A stretch of DNA of 64,000 nt from Mizuhopecten yessoensis (taxonomy: Eukaryota): assembly GCF_002113885.1 (NCBI RefSeq), contig NW_018408778.1:259037-323036 (forward strand), given 5' to 3'. A program made the translations under genes and the position numbers. Under the pieces are notes generated by a model that made no database searches, had not been told where the DNA came from, and worked only from the letters and a program-made list of their open reading frames with translations. Below are positions 51,630 through 64,000 of the stretch, in pieces (position 1 is the first letter of the stretch; the number at the start of each line of letters is the position of its first letter).

Positions 51630-51738
51630 AACTCAACCTACCCCTTTACAACTGACTTCTACATTGAGTCTGCAGGCTGCCAGTCAACCACCAGGCTCAT
51701 TGATTAGAAACGCATGTCCGACTAAGCCACCGAGTCCC
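51630..51738 (-). mobile_element. Possible degenerate tRNA-derived SINE head
   Basis: Minus strand begins GGGACTCGGTGGCTTAGTCGG (Pol III A-box-like); no clean B-box. Confidence 0.3.
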
Positions 51739-52211
51739 TCACCATACAATTCTACTTGAATACAACATCCGCCACTGGTGAAAATTACTTCCCTTAATTA
51801 ACTTGAAATTATTTCCTAGAAATTAAACGGATCTAACAGTAGTTGACATGATCCACTTCCAGTAGATTTATGTCTACCAGGAGAATTGGAATCTCCTAGC
51901 TGGTCAACTAGATGTTGTCTCATCGACTCTCTAGGGTTGAGACTGTAGCCGTGACCCATAACGACTGTTGATCTTTTGATGACTAATTGGCCCTAAATTT
52001 ATCACATTAGCATCCATGGAACCAAATACACTGACACAAAGACACAATTGCAGAACAGTAAATAGTACAGGAGAAATGGAAAGCGTTATAATTCATGTTT
52101 CTTTTATCCACTCTGACAACTAAATCATTAATACTGATCTTAAGTTGATCAACAACCGTACAGTTTATCTTACTGGGTTTTTACCTAAAAGGGATTTGAT
52201 CCACAAGGATA

Positions 52212-52376
52212 CAGGCCCCTATTTCATGAATGGTCTATAAAATTTCATAAGTTTTTAAGAAAATTTCTTTATCTACAGAAATTTTCCTGAACACAAGCAT
52301 TGTTTTCTATGTAAAAAAAACACATTTTATCTAAGGAAATTCTTTCGTTAAGGAACATTTGTGAAACTCCAGCCTG
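52212..52376. mobile_element. Old MITE (PIF/Harbinger-like ends)
   Basis: CAGGCCCCTATTTCATGAA ... TTTGTGAAACTCCAGCCTG imperfect TIRs; inner AAGAAAATTTCTTTA/TAAGGAAATTCTT inversion. Confidence 0.45.
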
Positions 52377-53133
52377 ATCAACGAAGGTGGAGATCAACAA
52401 GACTAGATGACCATCAAGGCTATAGATTGACCAGTGTTCAAGTGGGATGATGAAAAGATCATCACTGTAAAACAATTAATAACCAATAATATGGTCTGAC
52501 AGATGTCCACATGGCACTCTTATCTGAAGTTTTTCGACACGGATACATTTGCTGTCAAAACTGGCAAACTCAAAGATTTTCAAAACTTCTGTTCAATATT
52601 GAATGCTTCGTACTTTATTCAGTTTGGCCTTGATGTTGACAAAACTTAATAAGTAACTTCATTAATGGTTACAGAGGTTCATAATGTGAAGTTTTCCCTG
52701 CACTGATAAACTCATTTGCATAACCCTCCTGGTTTTTTCTATAGAAAACCTGTGAGTTCCTAAGTTTACTGGTGATATGACTTTTGTATTCAATTTTTGG
52801 CTCTCAATAATAGAGTGTTCTCATCAACCCCCGATTGAAAGCAAAAACAAGAAGTTGTGGAGGCCATTGGAGATCATTGTCCACAAGTTAAAAAGGGTGA
52901 CACTTCTCGATACACAACACAAAGACCGCTCATAAAGGTTCTCCCTGCTGAAGGAAGCTTTTCTAAGGCGTCTCGCAGCACCATAACCTTTACAGAAGAC
53001 AAATGTGTGCATCCTACCAAAAGCATTATCGGCAAGAATTGATTGTGATATATAAATCAATACAAACATATGTATGGTGTTAATGGAACTAGGAATAGCA
53101 TGTCTGGTCCCAAATATTATCATTCATCAAATA

Positions 53134-53419
53134 CAGTGGTCTTAACACACACGGTCCCAGGTATTACCATTCCTCTAAGTCAGTGGTCTTAACACACACG
53201 GTCCCAAATATTACCATTCTTCTACCACAGTGGTCTTAACACACACGGTCCCAGATATTACCATTCCTCTAGGTCAGTGATCTTAACACACACGGTCCCA
53301 GATATTACCATTCCTCTACCACAGTGGTCTTAACACACACGGTCCCAGATATTACCATTCCTCTAGGTCAGTGATCTTAACACACACGGTCCCAGATAAT
53401 ACCATTCCTCTACCACAGT
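53134..53419. repeat. 47-bp minisatellite, 6 copies with alternating A/B variants (94-bp dimer)
   Basis: CAGTGGTCTTAACACACACGGTCCCAGATATTACCATTCCTCT followed alternately by A(A/G)GT or ACCA. Confidence 0.95.
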
Positions 53420-56400
53420 CCATTTCCCTCAATTTATTGCCAACCTCTTTATAATGCCAAACATTCTCTTAGACAAATGGTGGCAGTAAAACAAGTTTTT
53501 AATATAATTTACAATAAAATTATTTTCCCTTGCTATCATACTGTAGCATTGTAAATGTGACTTACAAAGTGTGTAGTCCAGTACTATGTTGGTGAGACAT
53601 AGTGATGGGGAAGACTGTTGGAGATACAAGTGTGCGTCATTGACTTAAAATGACATAGGGAAAACAGGTATCACTGGAGAAGATGATATACTATGAGAAG
53701 GTTAACACTGTGGGGAACCAATCTCTTCTTATGTAGTTGATCAGTACCTTAAGCCATGGTTCCTGTTAGCCATATACCAAACTTACTCTCTTGATTGGAA
53801 CTTAAGTGCTAATACCTCTTTCTCCTGAATTTGACAAATACAACCTTTTCTTGTGGAAAAATTAACAAGAAAAGATGATTTAAATAACCAATAAAGTTTG
53901 AAAATATAGCTGTAACATAGGCAAATATACTGGGTACCATGTCAGATAATGTTACCACATGCCTCTGTACCAAGCTAGTCCATGTTTGACAGGAAAGGAG
54001 GAGGTGGAGGGCAGACTGACAAGTCATGCTGTACATAAATACCAGTATATATGTTCCTTGTAGCATTAATAACCATGACAAATGTAAGGGACTGCTCAAC
54101 AGGAAGTGACCTGCCAGTACTGTACCAGATATGCACTATGACATGATTTACACAAAGTAGAACAATATGGCCTTGACCTTAATTCCTGCTACTGTCACAT
54201 GATCTAATCTCTCCTACATCCCTGGAGACTGTCGGCTGTTGCTGGGGATTTTACTTGGGATTTGAATCACTGCATGATGCAGGAGTGTTGCACCTGATGT
54301 TTCTGTGATCTTCTCCTCACATAATCACTGACGCATAATCTAGAATCACACCACCTACACATGTGATTACATGTCCATAAGATCATCTGGTACCTGCCCT
54401 ACAACGCACTTTAACGATAGCATTAAAGATAAATCTGCAAAATGTCCTTGTTGGCTGTACAGAAAAAAAACTTTTCCAAAATTTCACTCTTATCACTAGT
54501 AAGTTTGATACTGCAGAATTTACATGCAGTTGGGAAATCAAGAAAATTGAGTTTTTGCATGAAAGCTTTTCTGGACACTTAATTAATTTAAGGTTGTAAT
54601 CTATTAAAGCTACCTTATACTTTCCAGTTGTGTCAGAGTTATCTCCCTTAACTGTGTTCATTAATTTAGAATTGCTTGAAAATCATCAATGTATAACCTG
54701 TGTGCCATGTATTGTATTAACCACTCAAGGACATTGCCTTTAACCCTGCCAAATTCAAACGGTATTCATCTCATCTATGAATGCCATGACTCAATTGTTG
54801 TCATGTTCCTATAATTGTACCCTTGGATACCACTGGCCCTTCCTTGATGACAGATATATCTATTATTTTTTACAATCATACACAATACAAACATTTAATC
54901 TGAATGCTGAATTTTCCTTTTTTTCTATGAATATTGAATATTTCAAAAATGATAAATATAAGTACAGAACTGCTTTCTGTTTTGCATTCATATCCTGAAG
55001 TTAAATTTGATGTTATTCTATAATTTGGAAAAACGGTTTTATTTAACAAAATAAGACTTAGTGTCTGGGCCAGCAAACTGTTCTTTATAGTTTATGCTAT
55101 ATGATATTTTTATGTATTTTCTATCATGATTTATTCTCTTAATAAAAGAATAAAATCAAATAATGAATTGAACACAAAAGGTGTTAATGTGCTTATCTAC
55201 AAGTTCGTTAAGGTCATTCTATTTATACCAGTCAGTTCATATACCTGCTGAGGGTCAAATTATGTGCAACCTTAAGGTCAAATTATATGCCTTCTGAAGG
55301 TCATAGGTTACCTGCTAGAGGTCATTTGTACATGTGTAAGTGCACTAATGACTCTATGCCTACCTAAAAAGCATATGTAGCAGTGTTTATATTATGGGGA
55401 CTCCATCAGGGTCTGGTGAATATAAGATGCGGATGCTGATTAGGCGATGCTGCTATATTCGACATGCCAGTGCTGTGTTGGTCCCTATTTGCGGTGCTCT
55501 GCCGATGGAGAGGCAGGCAGGTTCCTCTGAGGTATAAAGTTGTACCTATATTTAACAAACTAGTTTATATAACTAGGGGAGATTTTTTGTCAGCATGTGA
55601 TAACCATATTTTTAAACTGTAGGCTTTCACAGTGCACTAGCGTGTGTGGGGGGGGCATGATGAGTACTGATGAAGCACAATTATATAGCATCATAAGAGC
55701 ACCACCATTATACACATCAAATTTCATGTTCATTACATCAGTAATTTGATCAAGAAATCTTCCTCTCCCCACAAAATCATCTCAAGAATTTATTTATCAT
55801 ACGGTTTCATATCACTTTCTCCCTCTGCCTTGCTCCAGTAATGCTTTGGCATATAAAAATACCATGTCAGACTGTTACTATCAGGTTTGCATCTCAGGGA
55901 TAGGGTGTTTTGTAATAACTAGGCTGATAACAAGTTTTTTTCATGTAGGTTTCTTTAAATTCCACTTTGATTGCTATACTTATGGTATAAGGCATTTTCA
56001 TAGGCTTCATCAACTGGTGGTTTCGATAGCTATCTTAGTAGGCCATCTTTGTCAAAACTGGCAAACACAGAAGCCAGTGGTGGAAACCTGACTTGTTAAA
56101 ACAGAACCTTAATAATAACAACAACGGTTGACTTTGGTTTTTACCCGCTGTAGAGAACAAACAAAACTAAATAAGCATCTGTATTTCTCAAATAAATTTT
56201 TCAACTTTTCAACATAATGGTGCAAACATCAATATAATTTTGTGAAAAAATATATCTAGAAAAATTTCTTGAGTTGAAAATTTTCCAAAATAAATTAGGC
56301 CTCATTTAGAATTTGAAAAATATCCAAAACAAATTTTATTTGCAATGTTGTTTCCCAAATAACTCTGATTTGTTGAATATTATTATACATCTGCTATTTT

Positions 56401-57858
56401 AGATATAGACATCCTGACATAACAGGGCAATACATCACTTCAGTTCTTTTGTTTCCTTTACAGCTAGCATTAGGAATGAGTCATTTCTATATCTGTATCA
56501 AATAAACTTCTTAAAGGGGATGAAAAGCTTCAGTGAGTATTTACAGGGACTTAATGCATCATCATACAAGTTAATTCATAAATTTGATCAAACTGAAGAC
56601 ATGAAAATTGAATTTAAAACAGTAAATAAGCAACAAATAATTTCATTTCCTGTATTTTTTAGACTTGCTTATATCTTTAAAGACCTCTTTATCAAAATCC
56701 TCTTATATTCTTCAAAATTATATTTCATTTCTTTTATCAAAATGGCAACATCATAAAATTTGGGATGATAATGAAATTATTAATATTATATAGCCAAGCT
56801 GGCCCCACCGCTGTGAGACTGGCCAGCGTGACTCATGCCCTGTATCTGTACTCCAATTATCAAAATGCTGTGTATATTTCATTAAGAAGGAAATGAGTCC
56901 TGTATTGTTTACAGTTTATCAGCTCCTGGCTACAGGATGTATAGTATGGCATTATTTACATGTGTTACACACTTATCAATCATATAACCTATGGTGACAT
57001 ACACACCATCTTTAAACTCTAGAGATCACTTTCTTTCTAAAAAAAAAAAATTCTTGGAACAAAGTCACAATCTGTGAGTCATGACTGGCGACCAGACGTA
57101 TGATATCCAAACCTTCAGTCCATTGTACAAGTAAAGTAACTTTCACTTTTTGTTTGCCCATTTAAAGGTTACACCAAGTTTGATAAGATCCTGATTTCGC
57201 TCCGGGTGAGGTGGATGTTTAGTGCGAAGTGAATGTTTTGGTATTTGTAAACAAGGCAGGAATTATTTTGTTTGTGACATAACAGGTAAAGAATGTCCTG
57301 AGCGCCAGACTTGAAAACATAAATCTTGGATGTAGGTTGTGAAAGTGTTATTCTGGCCATGAATACTGCCATTCATGACTTGTGGCAAGTTAATGGGTCT
57401 TTGACATAGTAACTAGTCTCTCTCATGTAGAAATGTTATAATAATGTCACACCTGACCTTTCACCCCCACAACCTTATCATCACCACATACTCATCCTCA
57501 CTTGAGACATGCCCCGCTTTGGAATTTTATTTGTAAATAATCAGTATCTTCTTCACCATGGAAAAGAGGATCATCATGCTGGAGATTGTCTTTGTAGTTT
57601 CAGCCATGAAACTTCACCAGACATCAAATGGTGCAGTACACCAACACAATACTCACTAGGTTATCTGCCATTTCAAGCATTTTTCTTAGATTTCATGTCA
57701 ATAAACCAAACATAATCTGTATCAGTACTTTATCTTACAGAAAGTTATACTTTGCACCTCTTTGTAGCTGATGTCATTCACAGTGGGATGTATTGTAATA
57801 CCATTAAATATCACTTTCATTCATAACACGCAAAAATGAAGAACCCCCGCCCCCCCCC

Positions 57859-57884
57859 NNNNNNNNNNNNNNNNNNNNNNNNNN
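57859..57884. other. Assembly gap (N run) within a poly-C tract
   Basis: N characters in the sequence. Confidence 0.99.
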
Positions 57885-59269
57885 CCCCCCCACCCCCACC
57901 CCTACCACACACAAATATCAGGAGACAACCACACTGATGATCTGTCATAATAAACTGACAGCACAGACACAAAATTAGAAGAGAACTACAACCTTGTTTA
58001 ATCTATTATCATCAATAAACAGACAAATTAAATATGAAGACAACTAAAACATTGTCTAAAAGTTTTATTTTGACTGATAAAATGACAAATAAAATGTGGA
58101 GACAACTACAGCATTGTCTGTATCTACTTTAACTGGGGTAAACATAAAAATGAACAGACCAATATTTGTATTGGTTGATGAAAAGCATTGCAAATAAATT
58201 ACCTTTAACGATAGATTACCCACAGTGAGGTGTAAGACCTATAACAGATGCTGATATCCATACCAGTAAAGAACTTATACAAGAGACAACTTGAGAAATA
58301 TTAGATTCTTCATAGCTAGTATCACCTGGGCAAGGTGATACTCAGGTGAAAAATTGTCAAGTGTGCATGAAACTAAGCGACTAAACCAATAGAACTCTAG
58401 CGAGTGAGAGCTATGACTAATACTGTCATTGGTATCTAAACAAGTGTTGGACTGTCCCCATGGTAACGCTTGGCTTCATATGTTAATGAAAGATGGTTAA
58501 CAATTCATGACCAAGATCAAAGCTAAGGTGGAGGTTGGGCACCAGGAGAACGATTACCTGCTAATTGGGATTATTAATGTATAATGTAGTGACACGTTTA
58601 CAGTCATTTAATACCTGGATAGGACCTGTCTTGATACTGACAGCTTTTACAGATGGCCTTTTAAACTCTCCAATACCAACTTTTCTTGGTTTCCTTTTTT
58701 CATAAAAGCAGTTTGTCAACAAATTGAAACTGTATCGCTATTGTTTCGAGGCACACATGTGCTACTTCGGTTTTAATTTGAAATGCTAATACTTTAGGTC
58801 TCTTTATTGGTAACTTTTAATGCCTTTTGTTTTGCAATATATGGTTACTGATTGAAACTCTAAATCCTCAACTTAAACAGAAGAAAGGGGAAATGGAAGT
58901 TGTTGTGGAAACAGGCAGTCAAATATCATTTATAATCTTTCAGCAGAGGCTATCAAACAAATTCCATTTAATTTTCCTAAATAGGCAGAGTTGGTAATTA
59001 TGTTCTTTTCAGCTGATATTCAGATGGTCTATTTCCATACCAGCATTTAAAATTTCTTTTTTCCAAATCAAAACAGAAGTGTATTATGCAAAACCAAACA
59101 AAAATATAAGAAAGATAACAGGAGAAGGAGAAACAGTGGTAAGCACATTAAATTGTCCTTTCTGTAAACATTAGCCCATTACCTGAGTGACTCTTACCCG
59201 TAGTAGACAAAAGTCTGTGAATATAAACATCTGCCAGTGGTGGCCAGTCCGGCCAAAAAACTGATACTG

Positions 59270-59890
59270 TACTATAAGCATTATCATCTTGTGATTGTTA
59301 ACATGATATGACCAATAGTGGAAAAGTCTTTCACCATAAGCATTATCTGATCAATACAGACCAAAGTCTTTGACCATCAGCATTATCTGATCAGTAGTGG
59401 CCAAAGGATTTGATCATAAGCATTATCAAACTTATGGGGGCAAAAGTCTTTCACCAAAAGCATTATCTGACCAACAGTGGCCAAAGTCTTTCACCATAAG
59501 CATTATTTGACCAATAGTGGACAAAGTCTTTTATCATAAGCATTATTTGACCAATAGTGGCCAAAGTCTCTGATCATAAGCATTATCTGACTTATGGGGG
59601 CAAATGTCTTTCACCAAAAGCATTATCTGACCAACAGTGGCCAAAGTCTTTCACCATAAGCATTATTTGACCAAAAGTAGCCAAAGTCTGTCACCATAAG
59701 CATTATCTGACTTATGGGGGTCAAAGTCTTTCACCATAAGCATTATCTGACTTATGGGGGCCAAAGTCTTTCACCATAAGCATTATCTGACTTATGGGGG
59801 CCAAAGTCTTTTACCATATATAAGCATTATCTGACCAACTGTGGCCAAAGTCTTTCTGTGATCATTATCTGACCAGTGATGGCCAAAGTC
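59270..59890. repeat. 40-bp minisatellite (CCAAAGTCTTTCACCATAAGCATTATCTGACTTATGGGGG)
   Basis: About 15 copies with two main variants. Confidence 0.93.
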
Positions 59891-60519
59891 TGTGTGTGTA
59901 TACAATCAGTTTGGCTCTAAACGGTTTCGTGACTGATAAGAGGGTGTTTGTGGTTAGACAGGTGTAAGGATCCCATACTTGTGGTTTGACCTGATCTGAC
60001 TGCTAGCTACTTGATCTATCATCCACAACCATGCACTGATCACTAGTGAATCCATCATAGCCTTATCAAATACAGGTGTATAGTTATCTGCTACCTGTAC
60101 TAACGACTGTGATCAGGCTATTACAGGTGGTGTAATGTAATCGTTGCCCACACTAGCAACTAGGAGGTGCAGTGTAGTGTTACCTGTATAGTTATGAGAA
60201 GTTGAAGTGATACAGCAAAACTTAATGACATCTATCCAGGTTTTGATGTTTGAATGATCACAGACATGGTTTCAGTGTAGTGTACCTGACACAATCTAGC
60301 GTACATTTTGGGTTTTCCATTGTTGCCTGTTTAATTTGGGTTTTATGTAAATTTACATTTTGACTTCTGGTTTTCCAGATCACAGTATATATCCGGCTGG
60401 TTTTCATAGACTTATTTAAATGTAACACAATATAGATACGACAGTATTTACCAAACCAATATATAGATGTCACAGTATTGTGGTACACTCCTCTCAACAA
60501 CACACATTTAACAGAATAA

Positions 60520-62065
60520 CCTCACCATGTCTCCATGACGTCCTCAAGTAATTTGCTACCTCACCACGTCTCAGTGACCTCTGTACTTTGCTACCTCACA
60601 TCTAAGCCATGTCCTAAACCACCTTACTATCTCACCACAACTCAGTGACGTCCTCAAATACTATCCTACCTCACCACAACTCAGTGACATCCTCAAATAC
60701 TATCCTACCTCACCACAACTCAATGACGTCCTCAAGTACTGTCCTACCTCAACACAACTCAGTGACACACTGAAGTTCTTTTCTACCTCGATCACTACAA
60801 CTCAGTGATGTCCTCAAGTACTATGCTACCTCACCACAACTCAATGACGTCCTCAAGTACTATGTTACCTCACCATAACTCAGTGACACACTGAAGTTCT
60901 TTTCTACCTCACTACAACTCAGTGACGTCCTCAAGTACTATGCTACCTCACTACAACTCAGTGACGTCCTCAAGTACTATGCTACCTCACCATAACTCAG
61001 TGACACACTGAAGTTCCTTTCTACCTCACTACAACTCAGTGACGTCCTCAAGTACTATGCTACCTCACTACAACTCAGTGACGTCCTCAAGTACTATGCT
61101 ACCTCACTACAACTCAGTGACGTCCTCAAGTACTATCCTACCTCACCACAACTCAGTGACGTCCTCAAATACTGTCCTACCTCACCACAACTCAGTGGCA
61201 TCCTCAAGTACTATCCTACCTCACCACAACCTCACTACAACTCAGTGATGTCCTCAAGTACTATCCTACCTCACCACAACTCAGTGACGTCCTCAAGTAC
61301 TGTCCTACCTCACCACAACTCAGTGACACACTGAAGTTCTTTTCTACCTCACCACAACTCAGTGGCATCCTCCAGTACTATCCTACCTCACCACAACGTC
61401 CTCAAGTACTGTCCTACCTCACCATAACTCAGTGACGTCCTCAAGTACTATGCTACCTCACAACAACTCAGTGACGTTCTCAATTACTATCCTATCTCAC
61501 CACAACTCAGTGACGTCCTCAAGTACTATGCTACCTCACCACAACTCGGTGACGTCCTCAAGTACTGTCCTACCTCACTTCAACTCAGTGACGTCCTCAA
61601 GTACTGTCCTACCTCACCACAACTCAGTGGCACAATGAAATTCTTCTCTACCTCACTTCAACTCAGTGACGTCCTCAAGTACTGTCCTACCTCACCACAA
61701 CTCAGTGGCACAATGAAATTCTTTTCTACCTCACTACAACTCAGTGACGTCCTCAAGTACTGTCCTACCTCACCACAACTCAGTGATGTCCTCAAGTACT
61801 GTCCTACCTCACCATAACTCAGTGATGTCCTCAAGTACTATGCTACCTCACCATAACTCAGTGACACACAGAAGTTCTTTTCTACCTCACTACAACTCAG
61901 TGACGTCCTCAAGTATTATCATACCTCACAACAACTCAGTGACATCCTCAAGTACTGTCCTACCTCACCACAACTCAGTGGTGTCCTCAAGTACTATGCT
62001 ACATCCTCATCACAACTCTGTGATGTCCTCAAGTACTATCCTACCTTACCATGTCTCAGTGACAT
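60520..62065. repeat. 39-bp minisatellite (CCTCACCACAACTCAGTGACGTCCTCAAGTACTATCCTA)
   Basis: About 38 copies; explains the 13-aa periodic ORFs. Confidence 0.96.
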
Positions 62066-62697
62066 TCCCAATGTTGTTATAATCCAAAATGCTTTTTTTT
62101 TTTAATAAAAAGATGTAGTAGATTTGAAATTTCCAGGTCATAATATAAGGTAAACATTAGGCTGTGACTGAATAAAGTAAAGACAGCATATCCTTAAATA
62201 CCAAGTTGTGTACAGTTTCAAAGTGATACAGTAATGTCACAGATATGTGTTGTAAGTCTGTCTCCAGGCAAGGATCCATGTAGCTATCCATCACAGAGTG
62301 ACAGCAGTAGACAGGGGCTTTCTGTGTGTCAGAGGTTACGCCCGCTAGTTCACTGCCACTGTCTAAAAGGACCAGTATATGTTGTCTTACATTTAACTAT
62401 GACAGTGCCTGCCTATAGTGATCAATTTTGTATTTTTTTTTTAACACTGGTCATTAAGCCTTTATTAAACCGGGTCAACAAGGGCTTAAAATATGTACCA
62501 ATTCCTTATAATGATCCCTTCATCGTAATTACCATTTCACAGCACTGTCACTATATCAACCAACCAGATTCAACTGGCATTCATATCAGCTATGAATGCC
62601 ACTACCTGATTGTTGACAACATCATTTTTATGATGTTATAATAGCAACAATTGATACAATTGACGCTTTCTTAGGAGATACCTGTAGTAAGATTGAA

Positions 62698-62788
62698 TTA
62701 ACTCATTCACCCCTGAAATTTCATTATGAACTATTCCAATGATTAAATTGGAAGAGTTCAAATGTGTGTTCAGGGGTAAATGAGTTAA
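62698..62788. mobile_element. ~90-bp TTAA-flanked MITE, second copy in inverse orientation to 28075-28165
   Basis: TTAA-CTCATTCACCCCTGAA ... TTCAGGGGTAAATGAG-TTAA. Confidence 0.8.
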
Positions 62789-64000
62789 AGGCTGAATTTT
62801 GATTAATTCATTTTATTTTGATATGAAATTAAAATATGGTAAAATGATACTTCCATTGACGTTTATAGTCAGTTTTCATGAATCATTTATGCTTCATATT
62901 GACCATTATAATAAGCTCGTACTACTGACTTGCTGATTACTAACAGCAGTACAGGATTGACAATACCATAGTGACCAACCCTGTCAGATCTTTGATTTTG
63001 TTAGGCATTTTAGCAGAATGAAATGAATATTTTAAAATTCACTTCCTGTTTTGGTTGTACTTGTCCTCAGTGACATGATGTGAGACAACACTGGCTGGTT
63101 CAGTACAGGTGGTTACCACACAAATAGATCACAGGCTTTAGGCAGCTCTGTCAGGGGCATCTAAATACACCAGTAAAAGACAGCACTTTGTGTGGTTTAC
63201 TGTGAACTGGAGTGATAAGTAACCACAAAGTTGAGACTTTATTTATGTGGTTAGGGAGCTTTGTGATGATACCCTGTTTTACTCTATCATTAGGGATGTT
63301 ACAGCCATTTCACACCCAGATCCCCTTCACTGCTACCTCTTTATAATCTCACAATGGTTTTGGTCACATGTCCATACCTCAAAGTTACCTAGAGTTAGAG
63401 CTGTGATCTCCCTGGAACCACCAGACCAAATCTGAGAGTCCCTAACAGTCCCCAAGTCTCTCTAGAACTGGGATTCATAATGTCTCCCAAGAACCAAAAG
63501 TCTAAACCTCTGGCCTCCATGTACCACCTCACACTAAAATATACCACCTAACAACACACCAAGTATCAGTGTTGTTTATGATTCTTGTCTAACCTCAACA
63601 TCTTTCTGCGAGCAATAGTTCTCTGTGATCACAGGTCCCCAACCCCCAAACAAGACAATACTTTTCTACCCGTTGTGTGGTTTACAGATATATATCCAAG
63701 TGGTCTAAATTAAATGGTTTGTGACAGTACAACCACAGAAAATCATTTGTTCCTGTTTCGATGACACATCATGTTTTATGGCTTTTACTTTCACCTAAAC
63801 ACAAGATAACAATAGATCCTAGACTGAAAGTCACTTCCTTTTTCAAACTACTCCCAAAAAATCAGTTGTTAGTAAACACAAAATTACTTGTGACCGTGAC
63901 AAATCAGATTTTCTCATGTTTATATGGTTTTATATGGAGTGAATCATACTTTGTTTGACAAAAAGTCATCACACCTGATATTTAGACCTATCAAAATGTT

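Noticed and set aside
54394-54454. 61-bp minus-strand segment with acceptor and donor-like ends (PTRTFCRFIFNAIVKVRCRA)
   Set aside because: No similarity to the expected rhodanese exon; cannot be told apart from a pseudo-exon without RNA data
57169-57372. 67-aa ORF as a DUSP N-terminal exon
   Set aside because: Lacks rhodanese/KIM motifs (DSR, KRRL, VVVYD) and a suitable donor

Overview
AT-rich, intron-rich eukaryotic (animal) DNA, most likely a bivalve mollusc judging by Helentron/HINE-type elements and MITE families (inference). No prokaryotic features, rRNA, tRNA or CRISPR were seen. The main gene is a minus-strand DUSP8/DUSP16 (MKP-7/VHP-1 family) MAP-kinase phosphatase. Four phase-consistent coding exons are visible: 45888-45698, 44096-43949, 41748-41625 and 41214-38388. 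They include the HCLAGISRS catalytic loop and a very long Ser/Pro-rich tail ending GSLEVIQVS*. The N-terminal rhodanese exons were not found and probably lie beyond the window. The most interesting observation is a splice donor overlapping the last two codons (CAG|GTATCC). It chains in frame to three small downstream exons with good splice sites (35445-35393, 31959-31885, 30078-30054), which would give a 50-aa hydrophobic, membrane-anchor-like alternative C-terminus. Other features: a minisatellite built from a DUSP exon/intron junction, ~40-bp TIR elements with 7-bp TSDs, nested MITEs, about 13 unrelated tandem arrays, and the probable non-coding 5' exons of a second minus-strand gene.
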